Positions 51,886 to 64,000 of a stretch of 64,000 nt of DNA are shown piece by piece; positions within the stretch are counted from its first letter, which is position 1; each line of letters opens with the position of its first letter. The position numbers and the translations under genes were made by a program. Source of the DNA: Octopus bimaculoides (taxonomy: Eukaryota); the NCBI RefSeq assembly GCF_001194135.2, contig NC_068985.1, positions 57,058,944 through 57,122,943 of the forward strand, written 5' to 3'. The notes under the pieces are model-generated. The model worked only from the letters and a program-made list of their open reading frames with translations, made no database searches and had not been told where the DNA came from.

Positions 51886-52565
51886 CTCCCTCTCNNNNNN
51901 NNNNNNNNNNNNNNNNNNNNNNNNNNNNNNNNNNNNNNNNNNNNNNNNNNNNNNNNNNNNNNNNNNNNNNNNNNNNNNNNNNNNNNNNNNNNNNNNNNNN
52001 NNNNNNNNNNNNNNNNNNNNNNNNNNNNNNNNNNNNNNNNNNNNNNNNNNNNNNNNNNNNNNNNNNNNNNNNNNNNNNNNNNNNNNNNNNNNNNNNNNNN
52101 NNNNNNNNNNNNNNNNNNNNNNNNNNNNNNNNNNNNNNNNNNNNNNNNNNNNNNNNNNNNNNNNNNNNNNNNNNNNNNNNNNNNNNNNNNNNNNNNNNNN
52201 NNNNNNNNNNNNNNNNNNNNNNNNNNNNNNNNNNNNNNNNNNNNNNNNNNNNNNNNNNNNNNNNNNNNNNNNNNNNNNNNNNNNNNNNNNNNNNNNNNNN
52301 NNNNNNNNNNNNNNNNNNNNNNNNNNNNNNNNNNNNNNNNNNNNNNNNNNNNNNNNNNNNNNNNNNNNNNNNNNNNNNNNNNNNNNNNNNNNNNNNNNNN
52401 NNNNNNNNNNNNNNNNNNNNNNNNNNNNNNNNNNNNNNNNNNNNNNNNNNNNNNNNNNNNNNNNNNNNNNNNNNNNNNNNNNNNNNNNNNNNNNNNNNNN
52501 NNNNNNNNNNNNNNNNNNNNNNNNNNNNNNNNNNNNNNNNNNNNNNNNNNNNNNNNNNNNNNNNN

Positions 52566-52760
52566 CTACAGACAACGGAACGAACACATAGGAAAACGGA
52601 AAGCCACTTGGAATATCCCTTCATCAGCTGTCTCTATTCTATCTAGACGTTTCGAAGACAAGACAGAACGTACTCTAGAATAGTCTCTTCCTGAGTAGTG
52701 GATCAACCCACTACACAGAGGATTCCAAGGTGGCAAACACAAACCAAGAGAGGAAAAAAT
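52566..52760 (-). mobile_element. Possible PLE pseudo-LTR remnant
   Basis: Minus strand carries half-HHR motifs GTCTTC-GAAACGTC and CAG-CTGATGA-AGG, but no complete fold. Confidence 0.35.
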
Positions 52761-53831
52761 GGACAGTGAAAACAACATTCAAAAGCCGTACGGCCAAACG
52801 CAAATCTGAGGTAGAACGCTAGTAGTTCGTCTTGCCTTCACAGCGGCTGGAGTGAAAAGAAAGTTGACCACAGGTCACACGAGAGCAGAGAGGATGGTGT
52901 ATATATATGTTTATACGCATAGACGCACGCGCACACGTGCTTATTTTTAGAGATGGGGATGCAGAATGCAGAAGAAAATGCCTCAATCTCTTGTTTTATT
53001 TTATTATATTTATAAATTTCCATCTTCACCTTTACTTCTTAAGCTTGGAATTTTGACTGAAATTTCAGACACTAGTTGTTTTTCCTATTCATTTTTTTTT
53101 TCATGAGAATCTAAACTATCTGTCTCTGCAGAACATTTCGTCTCTACAGCATAAAATCTCCCATTAGCTGCATTGAATTTTTCTCTTGTTCTAGTTAAAT
53201 TGTCATTGTTTCTCAATAAATTGCCCCATCAGCTACCTTAATGCTTTTTGGGGGAGAAAAACATCTTAAATTCACGCCACCATACCTCTCATCTGCATAT
53301 AATAGAGTCGACATATTTGCAATTGTTTTAGAGCATTGTTCTATTATTGGCGACTAACAGTCATAATTCTTTTCTTCCAAATTTCTTTTCCCTCTCTCAG
53401 TTTCCCGTATCCTCTTCTATTTCGTCTTCCTCTTTCATCTTCTTCCAACTTCCCTTTGCTTTCCACTTCCTTTCCTCTCAAGCCATTTCGTTAAACACAT
53501 TTACTCCCAGTTTCATACAAGTTTTACACCACATTCTTCATTATTTTATATAACGGATTTCATTTGTTACTTACGTCATTTAGTACAAAGAAAAAATTTC
53601 CAAACGAACTGGTCATTTGGTTAAAAATCGTCGAATATCATATTTCTACTCTTACGAAAGTGTGTTCTGAATATGTGATACCTTCCATAACATAATCAGG
53701 TTTATCACTCACTCACTCACTCGCTCACTCACAGATTCAATCAATCACACATTCAATCAATCACTCACTCACTATCTGTCTGTCCCTCTCTTCTTTCTCT
53801 TACAACACACTTACGCACACGCATGCACCAT

Positions 53832-53880
<49 letters not shown>

Positions 53881-54899
53881 NNNNNNNNNNNNNNNNNNNN
53901 NNNNNNNNNNNNNNNNNNNNNNNNNNNNNNNNNNNNNNNNNNNNNNNNNNNNNNNNNNNNNNNNNNNNNNNNNNNNNNNNNNNNNNNNNNNNNNNNNNNN
54001 NNNNNNNNNNNNNNNNNNNNNNNNNNNNNNNNNNNNNNNNNNNNNNNNNNNNNNNNNNNNNNNNNNNNNNNNNNNNNNNNNNNNNNNNNNNNNNNNNNNN
54101 NNNNNNNNNNNNNNNNNNNNNNNNNNNNNNNNNNNNNNNNNNNNNNNNNNNNNNNNNNNNNNNNNNNNNNNNNNNNNNNNNNNNNNNNNNNNNNNNNNNN
54201 NNNNNNNNNNNNNNNNNNNNNNNNNNNNNNNNNNNNNNNNNNNNNNNNNNNNNNNNNNNNNNNNNNNNNNNNNNNNNNNNNNNNNNNNNNNNNNNNNNNN
54301 NNNNNNNNNNNNNNNNNNNNNNNNNNNNNNNNNNNNNNNNNNNNNNNNNNNNNNNNNNNNNNNNNNNNNNNNNNNNNNNNNNNNNNNNNNNNNNNNNNNN
54401 NNNNNNNNNNNNNNNNNNNNNNNNNNNNNNNNNNNNNNNNNNNNNNNNNNNNNNNNNNNNNNNNNNNNNNNNNNNNNNNNNNNNNNNNNNNNNNNNNNNN
54501 NNNNNNNNNNNNNNNNNNNNNNNNNNNNNNNNNNNNNNNNNNNNNNNNNNNNNNNNNNNNNNNNNNNNNNNNNNNNNNNNNNNNNNNNNNNNNNNNNNNN
54601 NNNNNNNNNNNNNNNNNNNNNNNNNNNNNNNNNNNNNNNNNNNNNNNNNNNNNNNNNNNNNNNNNNNNNNNNNNNNNNNNNNNNNNNNNNNNNNNNNNNN
54701 NNNNNNNNNNNNNNNNNNNNNNNNNNNNNNNNNNNNNNNNNNNNNNNNNNNNNNNNNNNNNNNNNNNNNNNNNNNNNNNNNNNNNNNNNNNNNNNNNNNN
54801 NNNNNNNNNNNNNNNNNNNNNNNNNNNNNNNNNNNNNNNNNNNNNNNNNNNNNNNNNNNNNNNNNNNNNNNNTGTGTGTGTGTGTGTGTGTGTTGTCCC

Positions 54900-55230
54900 T
54901 CCATGCTTTTTCTGTTTTTTTTTCATTTATTCCTTGTATAAATTTTTCTTTACACAATTTTCAGTTTTGATGGTGTCGGCCTTCTTTGTGTGTTTAAATA
55001 GTGGCTCCACGGCATTTGTTATATACCAATCTAGGCTGTTTTCCCCTGCTTCGATACAGTCCTGGCAACTGATCAAACGTCTCCCACCCTTTCTTCTGGA
55101 CAAGTACAGCCTATCGGCGTCACTCTCAGGGTGGAAGGCTCCGTGTACTGTCAACATATTTCAGGTCTTCGTATCCGTTTACTTCATTTCTCTCTTTTGC
55201 CAGTTCTCTGAGGCTGGCTCACTTCATTTC
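54900..55230 (-). mobile_element. R4/Dong-clade LINE RT C-terminal fragment
   Basis: LTVHGAFHPESDADRLYLSRRKGGRRLISCQDCIEAGENSL. Confidence 0.85.
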
Positions 55231-55289
55231 ACAGCAACATCTGATTGATGGTCGAAATAAAGAACTACCTATCGTAATTATTTAGCATC

Positions 55290-55870
55290 GTATCGTACGT
55301 TCAGACCATCAAGGATGCCCACTCTCCCGCTTCTGCATGTGCTGGCTATCGACCGAATGCTATGGAAGTTGGATATGTTTCGAGGGGCATCCCACGTGAA
55401 CAAGGATGCAGAGGGTTCGTGTCGACTTATGCGGAAGATATCGCAGGAATATTGATGGGAATCTCTGAGATATAGGTGATCAACACTTCCCTAAAAGGAA
55501 CACGAAGCGGTGACAGGCGCAAAGATTCGCTAGGATATGTCGGTTGACTAGCAGCTCGGGATCTGGAGAGGCAGGCCTGTGGCAACTGACAGGACTGGTG
55601 ATATTGCGCGAGGTTTGGTTTCGTCTGGATATCCAGATGGACAAGTGTCGGGAGGAGGGAAAGAGCACGGTAACAAGCCTCATTCAGAAACGGGCAGAGT
55701 CAAAACTGTCTCTCAATGGTCGGACGGAAATGGATTATGCGTACATCACATCCGCCATCTTCTACCGCCTAACCGTTGTCCCATGCCTTGCTTCGTAGCT
55801 TACTAAGCTGGAGCGCTCTCTTTTCCACTTTCTGCGAATGAGATGTGTTCCATTCGTCAGACGATCCATA
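55290..55870 (+). mobile_element. Tx1/L1-clade LINE RT fragment
   Basis: RSDHQGCPLS (RQGCPLSP), VSTYAEDI (YADD), LREVWFRLDIQMDK, KLSLNGRTE...IFYRLTVVP, KLERSLFHFL. Confidence 0.8.
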
Positions 55871-55984
55871 CTCTATTGGCAGCCACTGAGTAGAGGAATG
55901 GACATGCCATTGCTAATCATGTGCAGAGGCTACAACATCTTCAGCATTTCTTTAATGTATTTCGTCTGCGGCTACGTTCTGAGT

Positions 55985-56110
55985 GGTCGACTTTGCCTGT
56001 TGTCCTTTCGAGTTCGATAAATCAAGTACCAGTTAAACACTGGGGTCGATTTAATCGACACATCACCTCACACAAAATTGCTGCCTCTTGGCAAAATTTG
56101 AAACCATTAT
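55985..56110 (+). mobile_element. Second SINE family 3' part
   Basis: GGTCGACTTTGCCT...CCTTTCGAGTTCGATAAATCAAGTACCAG...CACTGGGGTCGAT...AATTGCTGCCTCTTGGCAAAATTTGAAACC followed by (ATT)n. Confidence 0.75.
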
Positions 56111-56115
56111 TATCA

Positions 56116-56162
<47 letters not shown>

Positions 56163-56223
56163 GTTGTTGTTGTTGTTGTTACTGTTGCTGTTGTTATTGA
56201 AGGCGGCGAGCTGGCAGTAGTAA

Positions 56224-56270
<47 letters not shown>
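56107..56270. repeat. Compound (ATT)n-(GTT)n-(GTA)n microsatellite
   Basis: Directly visible. Confidence 0.95.
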
Positions 56271-57462
56271 CCGAGCTAGCAGAATCTTTGGAGTATTGGA
56301 ATAAAGGTCATGCAGCATTTGTTCCATGTATTGACTTCAAATCCCGCCGATATGGACTTTGCTGTACCTGTTTTAGATTCAATGATAGCGACTAATCCCC
56401 GACCACTACACACACAAAATTGGTGATCTTTTACCTACAACAGAATTTTTTGCTGTTGCTACAGTATTTATTACCAAATAGCTTTTTTTACTAAGCTGAT
56501 ACATCGCAGTTTGAAGACAAAAATATTCTCAAATGTCAAAGTTCCTTATATTATTGTAAAGTACATAATAGCACTTTACTGTTCATGTCTCACGTGTAGT
56601 ATGCTTTAACCTCATACGTGTCAGATTTAACAGTACTCTGTCAAGGCATGGACTCATTGGAAAGTTGCCCAGGGACCGACCAGGTGTAGGGCCCCTATTC
56701 TCATCTCTTATGATTTAGTTTTCTTTCAATAAATATATATCATAGGGCCCACTGACTGATTGTCCGGTGGACTATAATACTGCTAAACCGGTTCTGCTAT
56801 TCCGACTGCACCACTTCCCATAGAAATAATTTTCCCTCATGTGGCTCACAATCTCTTCATCCATATGCTTATATCTCGATATTTCTCAATCTCCTGTTTC
56901 CTGTTTTCTGGATATCCTCTTTATTATTCATTGTTGCAAAGGCTATGATATTGTAATGATTGATATTTTTTTCGTCATAATTGGTTCAATGGAGAACATT
57001 ATAAATTTTTTCAAGAAAGAAATTAATAACATTTATGCGATCACCTCCCTAGAGATCATTAGGTTTGTCACTGATAATTCTTTCATATATTATATTTTCT
57101 ACGTTATGTTTATTTGGGATTTTTTAGCACTTCTTCCGGAAGAGCTGGAAAAAAGGACAGTCACAAACATAGTAGTAACGAATAGAGTTTTAAAATATTT
57201 GAAAATCATACCGAATATTTTTCAAACAAAACAGATTCAAATAAAGAGAGATAAAACGCAATGATAACGGTTGAACTAGTATAATTATGTACACTGATTT
57301 CACAATTGAACAAATATACAAATGAAAACTTTTTTACAGTATTAAAATAAATAATGACAAAACAGGTAAAAGGGTTGCAAATATTCCCAACCGTGGAGAT
57401 TATGTGCATAACTTAACTCCACGGAAGGAAGCAAATGCGGTAGCGCCTACTTGTTCGACATA

Positions 57463-57842
57463 TTGTTGTTGTTGGCACTCCGTCGCTTACGACGTCGACG
57501 GTTCCAGTTGATCCGATCAACGGAACAGCCTGCTCGTGAAATTAACGTGCAAATGGCTGAGCACTTCACGGACAAGTGTACCCTTAACGTAGTTCTCGAG
57601 GATATTCAGTGTGACAAGGCTGACCCTTTGAATTACAGGCACAACAGAAACAGGAAATACGAGTGAGAGAAAGTTGTTGTGAAAGAGTACAGCAGGGTTC
57701 GCCACCATCCCCTGCCGGAGCCTCGTGGAGCTTTTAGGTGCTTTCGCTCAATAAACACTCACACCACCCGGTCTGGAAATCGAAACCGCGATCCTATGAC
57801 CGCGAGTCCGCTGCCCTAACCACTGGGCCATTGCACCTCCAC
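57463..57842 (-). mobile_element. Third tRNA-derived SINE family, full length with 11-bp TSD
   Basis: Reverse-complement homolog of 39224-39610; TGTTCGACATA duplicated at 57452-57462 and 57843-57853. Confidence 0.95.
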
Positions 57843-58804
57843 TGTTCGACATACACATCGTAGGAAACCTATCTTTTGAAAATGATCGACATGTGCTTCA
57901 GCTAGAAACGGGAAGATATCCCAATATCGTTACTGGACCATTGTGAGGAAGAACTCAAAGAGATTTTCACGATGTGTATAAACTATTGACTAAGGTAGAT
58001 TATATGTAAAAATGTGTCTAGACTGTAAAAAAAACAAACAAAATAAAACAGTAAAAAATAGGCATCAAGATTAAGGGAGAGGTTGAAAGTTACTGAACTC
58101 CAGGAAAAGGGGGGAGGGAAGCATTGTGAAAGGATATTACAAAAGGTAGAGCCTCCTTGCTCGACGAACACTTCGCATAAAAGAATACCATGTGCCTTAC
58201 CATAGAATAGAACTTCGATTTACAGAGACGAAATATACGGGTTACAAGCAAGGGCATTGACGCAGACGTTTGCGGCAAAATAGTGCAGGTAATAAATGGT
58301 GGGAGTCAGACTCAATAACTCATCTGCCAGGAAATTTCTCTCTGATTACGCAATTCCTTTCCATGACGAATGATGATAAAGCTATCCGGGGGTAGTGGTT
58401 TTCTATTGTTAGAACATGTAGGAATATGAGCAACTTAAGAGTGTTCCACACTATGAAGGAGAGTAAGAACAGAAAGTATAGTCATCAATAGATATGTGCA
58501 TACAACAGCAACTCCCAGCTATCTGGAGACAAAAGCCTCAAACATTCATCAGAATGTAATGTTTTGGTTTTACATCTGCACCGACTTGGCTGATTCATTG
58601 CTTTGATAGTTTAATCTACTTGGTCATTTTAAGACTTCTTATAATCACCTCTAAGAGTGTCTATGCGTGAGTATGCGTATATTTATATATCATAATGAGC
58701 GTCAAACGCACACAATCATATTTCATGTATGTATGTATGTATTATTGTGTGTGTACGTGTGTGTATATGTCTGTATGTGTATATATATATGTATATACGA
58801 GCCC

Positions 58805-58875
58805 AAATATTTCACTGGCGGTGCCCCAGCATGGCCACAGCCTCAAGGCTGAAACATATAAAAGAATAAAAGAAT
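58805..58875 (+). mobile_element. CORE-type SINE 3' tail fragment
   Basis: GGCGGTGCCCCAGCATGGCCACAGCC...GCTGAAAC then (AAAAGAAT)2. Confidence 0.65.
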
Positions 58876-60657
58876 ATGTATTGTTTGACTTCACTCTGCA
58901 CTCACATATTACCATATGTTCGGAAACCGTTTGTAACACTTATGAATATATTACCACATGTCGCAAATCAATGAAAAAATTATTATCATTATTAAAATTG
59001 TTATTATTGTTATTGTTCTTGTTGCTGTTGCTGCCGTAGCTGCTGCAGCAGCTGTTGTTGTTGTTATTATTGTTGTTGTTACTTAAGCGTGATTCCGGTA
59101 CAGCTGTGTGACTAATTAGTAAGAAATATTTTTGAAAGCAAAACGTGAAAAATTATTTCGAAAAAAAAAAAGAAGATGAAAATAGATCTTAATCACCGCA
59201 AATTCAGTGACGTCATTAACCTATATTTCTAATATTCAAGAATGTTTACAAAAGAAATGAATTAAAAACGAAGGTAAAAATTTCTTCGTGTCTTGAAGAA
59301 AATATGAATATTTTATTTTTATTTTCCTTTTTTATTCATTGTTAACATTTTGTTCACAATCATTTAACAGTGTCGTTCTTCCTAATGACTTGGAAGTTTA
59401 TAAATATTTAAGAAAGACATTTCAGATACAACTGACGATAATGATACAGCACCACACTTCGTTAGTATATGGTGGTTTTTCCCTCTCTGTAGCCACTGCG
59501 TTCTTATACCATATTATTCATATTTCAATAGTATATGCGTTTCACTTTCATTTATCTGAAATCAATGGAAGGAAATCGATAAAAATGCATTACTTCACAA
59601 GAACAAAAGCATTATGATTTTTACAATATATTATTTTATATTTAGTTTTACTTTCAATTGAAATCGAAAGAGAGAAACAGAGAGGGAGAGAGAGTGAGAG
59701 AAAGAGAGTGAGAGAGAGAGAGTGAGAGAGAGAGAGGGGGAGAGAATATGTGTTGGAATGGGGTGGGTGGTGATAGAGAGTTATACTACGGCTTTTTTTT
59801 TGTGTCTCAATATCTGTTAAAAGAATTTCAATAAACGCAGAAATTTCTTGCAGTGAAAACAAAATATCTGATTAAAATCATTGAATTTTGTGTATATTTT
59901 GCTACCAAAATTCGCAGATTTACTATTTTCAATGTGTTTGTAAACGTAATGTACCAAACAGATGATTGACTTCGCTTTATTATTCTTTTGCTTGTAGTTA
60001 CATCTAGATTAAAAGAATTTGATGACAGTTCAGATATTTGATAATGCTGTATTATGTTTAATAAATAATCTATTTGAGAACCTAAATTATTTGAAATGCT
60101 AATTTCTTGTAGATCACATCTCTGAAATATGCAAATATTCTTTAATAAAGAACGTATAAAATATTAAGAGAAACAGTTATATTGCGCCATGTTTTTAAAA
60201 TTCAGTAAGAAACATTATATTAAAAATATTTTCTCATAGAAGAAAATTATTTTACATATAAATGATTAATAATACTAATACCTCCTTCGTTAAATATTAG
60301 TTTAATTTTTCTGGCTGTCCGATAGATTAATATTTTTACAATATATTTGAAATAAATACGTAGGCACACTGGCACATCTGTGTTTTATTTTAAATTGGTG
60401 AGTGTCTTTTAGGGACACGAATGAGATTGGTTAAGTTTAATAAGTAATTAAATACATTTCATACTAAGTCTTTATGAGTGATTCTCAAATCCCAAACTGA
60501 ATAAACCACCGTGGATGAAACGTTTAGATATGTGCCAACAATCTAAGCAAAATATTAAACACTGCGTCTGTAGTGAGTCTTTCATGCTATTTTTCTCATT
60601 TCTAGTTATTTAAAAATACCTATCTTTTTCATTGACTGAATATATANNNNNNNNNNC

Positions 60658-61743
60658 ATTAACTGTGTAGTAATGCCTCACGCTTCGAGGGACTAAATGA
60701 GTCAAATACTACCCAAAAATAAGCAACATATTCACTGAAAGCGAGGGAATGCAGCTTTCAAAATTTATCTCTTAAAAACATTTTACTTAACGGTAAACCA
60801 CTGGTTTCTCAATCAAATACAGAAAAACTGTGATGTAACCTGTATTCTTTTGTTCATCAGTACACGTATGGTCAAGATACATAAAAATAAACAAGAATCA
60901 ACATACCACGATGTAGCCACCACAACACGATGACTTCTGTTCAGAATTATATATCCATGAAAGAGATTTGAATTTATCCGGTTGCACCTCAGTAACATGT
61001 TCTTATACAGAATAATATTCAGCACTGAATATATTCTAATTATTTATAATATAATATAGGATAAATTCTTTATAAGAATTTATCAAGTAGTCAGCGTGAA
61101 AAAACCTCATAATGGAAAAATTAATGAAAAAAATTTCATAATGAAAAAAATCCATCATTTTTTCATAAATATATATAAATCATTTATATAAAGGGCATTA
61201 ACTGTATAGTAATGCCTCACGCTTCGAGGGACTAAATAAGTCAAAAACTACAAAAAAATTCATAAATTCTTATAAGGAATTTATCCTATATTATATTATA
61301 AATAATTAGAATATATTCAGTGCTGAGTATTATTCTGTATAAGCACATGTTACTGAGATGCAACCGGATAAATTCAAATCTCTTTCATGGATATATAATT
61401 ATGAACAGAAGTCATCGTGCTGTGGTGGTTACATCGTGGTATGTTGATTCTTGTTTATTTTTATGTATTTCGACCATACGTGTACTGATGAACAAAAGAA
61501 TGCAGATTACTTCACAGTTTTTCTGTATTTGACTGAGAAATCAGTGGTTTACCGTTAAGTAAAATGTTTTTAAGAGATAAATTTTGAAAGCTGCATTCCC
61601 TCACTTTCAGTGAATATGTTGCTTATTTTTTGGTAGTTTTTTACTTATTTAGTCCCTCGAAGCGTGAGGCATTACTACACAGTTAATGCCCTTTATATAA
61701 ATGATTTATTTATATTTATGAAAAAATGAATTTTTTTCATTAT
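60658..61743. repeat. Long inverted repeat (fold-back) with a partial third copy in the spacer
   Basis: 60658-61083 is the reverse complement of 61262-61688 (about 20 substitutions by eye); 61138-61260 is an inverted copy of about 61626-61743. Confidence 0.92.
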
Positions 61744-62459
61744 NNNNNNNNNNNNNNNNNNNNNNNNNNNNNNNNNNNNNNNNNNNNNNNNNNNNNNNNN
61801 NNNNNNNNNNNNNNNNNNNNNNNNNNNNNNNNNNNNNNNNNNNNNNNNNNNNNNNNNNNNNNNNNNNNNNNNNNNNNNNNNNNNNNNNNNNNNNNNNNNN
61901 NNNNNNNNNNNNNNNNNNNNNNNNNNNNNNNNNNNNNNNNNNNNNNNNNNNNNNNNNNNNNNNNNNNNNNNNNNNNNNNNNNNNNNNNNNNNNNNNNNNN
62001 NNNNNNNNNNNNNNNNNNNNNNNNNNNNNNNNNNNNNNNNNNNNNNNNNNNNNNNNNNNNNNNNNNNNNNNNNNNNNNNNNNNNNNNNNNNNNNNNNNNN
62101 NNNNNNNNNNNNNNNNNNNNNNNNNNNNNNNNNNNNNNNNNNNNNNNNNNNNNNNNNNNNNNNNNNNNNNNNNNNNNNNNNNNNNNNNNNNNNNNNNNNN
62201 NNNNNNNNNNNNNNNNNNNNNNNNNNNNNNNNNNNNNNNNNNNNNNNNNNNNNNNNNNNNNNNNNNNNNNNNNNNNNNNNNNNNNNNNNNNNNNNNNNNN
62301 NNNNNNNNNNNNNNNNNNNNNNNNNNNNNNNNNNNNNNNNNNNNNNNNNNNNNNNNNNNNNNNNNNNNNNNNNNNNNNNNNNNNNNNNNNNNNNNNNNNN
62401 NNNNNNNNNNNNNNNNNNNNNNNNNNNNNNNNNNNNNNNNNNNNNNNNNNNNNNNNNNN

Positions 62460-62497
<38 letters not shown>

Positions 62498-62665
62498 GTG
62501 TGTGTGTGTGTAATTTAAAGTTAAAGAATTAAGATTTAGAAAGTAGGCGTTAAATGCAGCTTCCAAACCTTGTCTCAGGATGCTTTGCATTCATCACTGG
62601 TTCTACGTTCAGAAATTCAAGGATGCACATATGGTATTCTCCCTTAACCTATAAGATATGTATAT

Positions 62666-62696
<31 letters not shown>

Positions 62697-63052
62697 CGTG
62701 CGTGTGTGTGGGTATAGTTGCGAGTGTGAAATCAGTTTCACTCCCGTCATATTCCTTTAATTTTCATCGGCGTAAAACAGATCCTCATCTTTAGATTATC
62801 TGGTGTGTGTGCGAGTAGTATACATTCCTGCATGCACACAAGCACACACACGCATACATACACATGCATGAATTTGCGTACGACAAACAATATTAAAATA
62901 ACGATGTGTATAATATTTAAACTGTATATACAAATAATGAACGGCATTAACGCTCATATTTCTCTGAGAAAATCTGTTTTTAAGACAAGTGTAAAACAGA
63001 ATGTTATCGGCGAATCGTAGAAGACGGGATTTCGACATCATAATTGGTCTCC

Positions 63053-63104
63053 TCACTGAAGATCACATGTGGATATTCTAAGCATAACCGAAATATATGT
63101 TTGA
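63053..63104 (+). ncRNA. Decayed hammerhead motif
   Basis: TCA-CTGAAGA-...-GAA-ATATATGT-T-TGA; core intact but the base of helix II is unpaired. Confidence 0.35.
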
Positions 63105-63956
63105 ATATAGGATTCAGTATACAGGACATCCAGTCATTTCTGCGAAAGTTGACCAGGCTAGAATTAAATTCACATATGCATTCGAAACATAATTAGATTA
63201 AAATAACGATGTCCATATGATATATAATGGACATATAAATGTTGAACGATTATAAATGCAATACTTTGTCATAGAGAAACATCTGAAAAATAATTGTGTG
63301 TTCTTTAACACGTCTCCTTCAGAAGGTTTTCGGTGAATCTTTCTATACCTTATTTCGGGCTTAGATCCCTCATTCTAAAACTCTCCCAGATGATCCACCT
63401 TCGATGGTTTCAGGGATCCAAGTATTTTTGAGATACGCGTTTATCTAAGAATTTGCCGATACAAAATATTTGGTTTAACTCGTTGGTGTTTGCTCTGAGT
63501 TCAAATAGCGTAGAGGACAACTTCGTTTTCCTACTTTGGAGTGGATAAATCTATTTCTCTGAAAGGTAGATAGCATTAATGTAATTGCGACGATGTAGCA
63601 GGAGATACATTACATTACATTTTCCGTTTTTTGTTTTGTGTTCTGACGGAAACGCTAACAATCAAAATGGTACCAACTTGTGTACGACCTTGACTCTTCG
63701 CCTGGAATAACCAGTGGTTTGGTGAGGGACGAGCTGCGTATATCTCAGCCAACCTTTTGTAAGACAAAAAAATTCCTAGCTATGCAGCATGGGAATAAAT
63801 ACACACACGTATATACAAATATACGCACATATATATGCATATATACGCACATATATATATATGCATATATATGTATATATTCATATATATATGTATGTGT
63901 GTGTGTGTGTGTGTAAGTATATATACTTTCTCAATAAAGCTGCATAAACATCAGTA

Positions 63957-64000
63957 AAACTGTTACTCAGTGTTTCACGTTACCGTTCGTTGGACAGTTT
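63957..64000 (-). ncRNA. Minimal type I hammerhead-like motif with variant core
   Basis: Minus strand AAACTGT-CCAACGA-ACG GTAA CGT-GAA-ACACTGAGT-A-ACAGTTT: helix I 7 bp, GNRA-capped helix II, GUA triplet; core has U4C and G5A. Confidence 0.55.

Noticed and set aside
52600-52700. Hammerhead on the minus strand (GAAACGTC and CTGATGA)
   Set aside because: The two half-cores are in the wrong order for one ribozyme; the upstream core reads AGGAAGA with no helix I, and the CTGATGA has no downstream GAAA.
56839-57264. 141-aa ORF
   Set aside because: Ile/Phe-rich composition expected from AT-rich DNA; no recognisable domain or splice structure.
59208-59215. CRE-like TGACGTCA and the nearby GA-rich tract as a promoter
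   Set aside because: A single 8-mer is expected by chance in 64 kb; no linked gene or transcript evidence.
61478-61545. CTGATGA...GAAA inside the inverted repeat arm
   Set aside because: An 8-bp stem exists but is not adjacent to the core; no helix III or helix I.

Overview
Eukaryotic, AT-rich, microsatellite-dense sequence from a fragmented draft assembly (17 N-gaps, about 9 kb, most ending in dinucleotide runs). The SINE and LINE families look like those of Octopus; this is inference from recalled repeat sequences, not a database hit. I recognise no host protein-coding exon, tRNA or rRNA. The long ORFs in the track are gap or microsatellite artefacts, or transposon relics. The window is a transposon graveyard: Tx1/L1-clade, R4/Dong-clade and RTE LINE fragments, Penelope-like element (PLE) fragments, three tRNA-derived SINE families, and mariner, Tc1, pogo, MULE and Chapaev-3-like DNA transposons. 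The main result comes from folding by eye: a dispersed set of type I hammerhead ribozyme (HHR) motifs with self-complementary helix III. Four have intact catalytic cores (13278-13365 +, 34069-34130 -, 35333-35424 +, 36221-36310 -), two are core variants (5686-5722 +, 63957-64000 -), and there are further decayed copies. One copy sits inside an inverted duplication that could switch it off. There is also a roughly 1.1 kb fold-back structure at 60658-61743.
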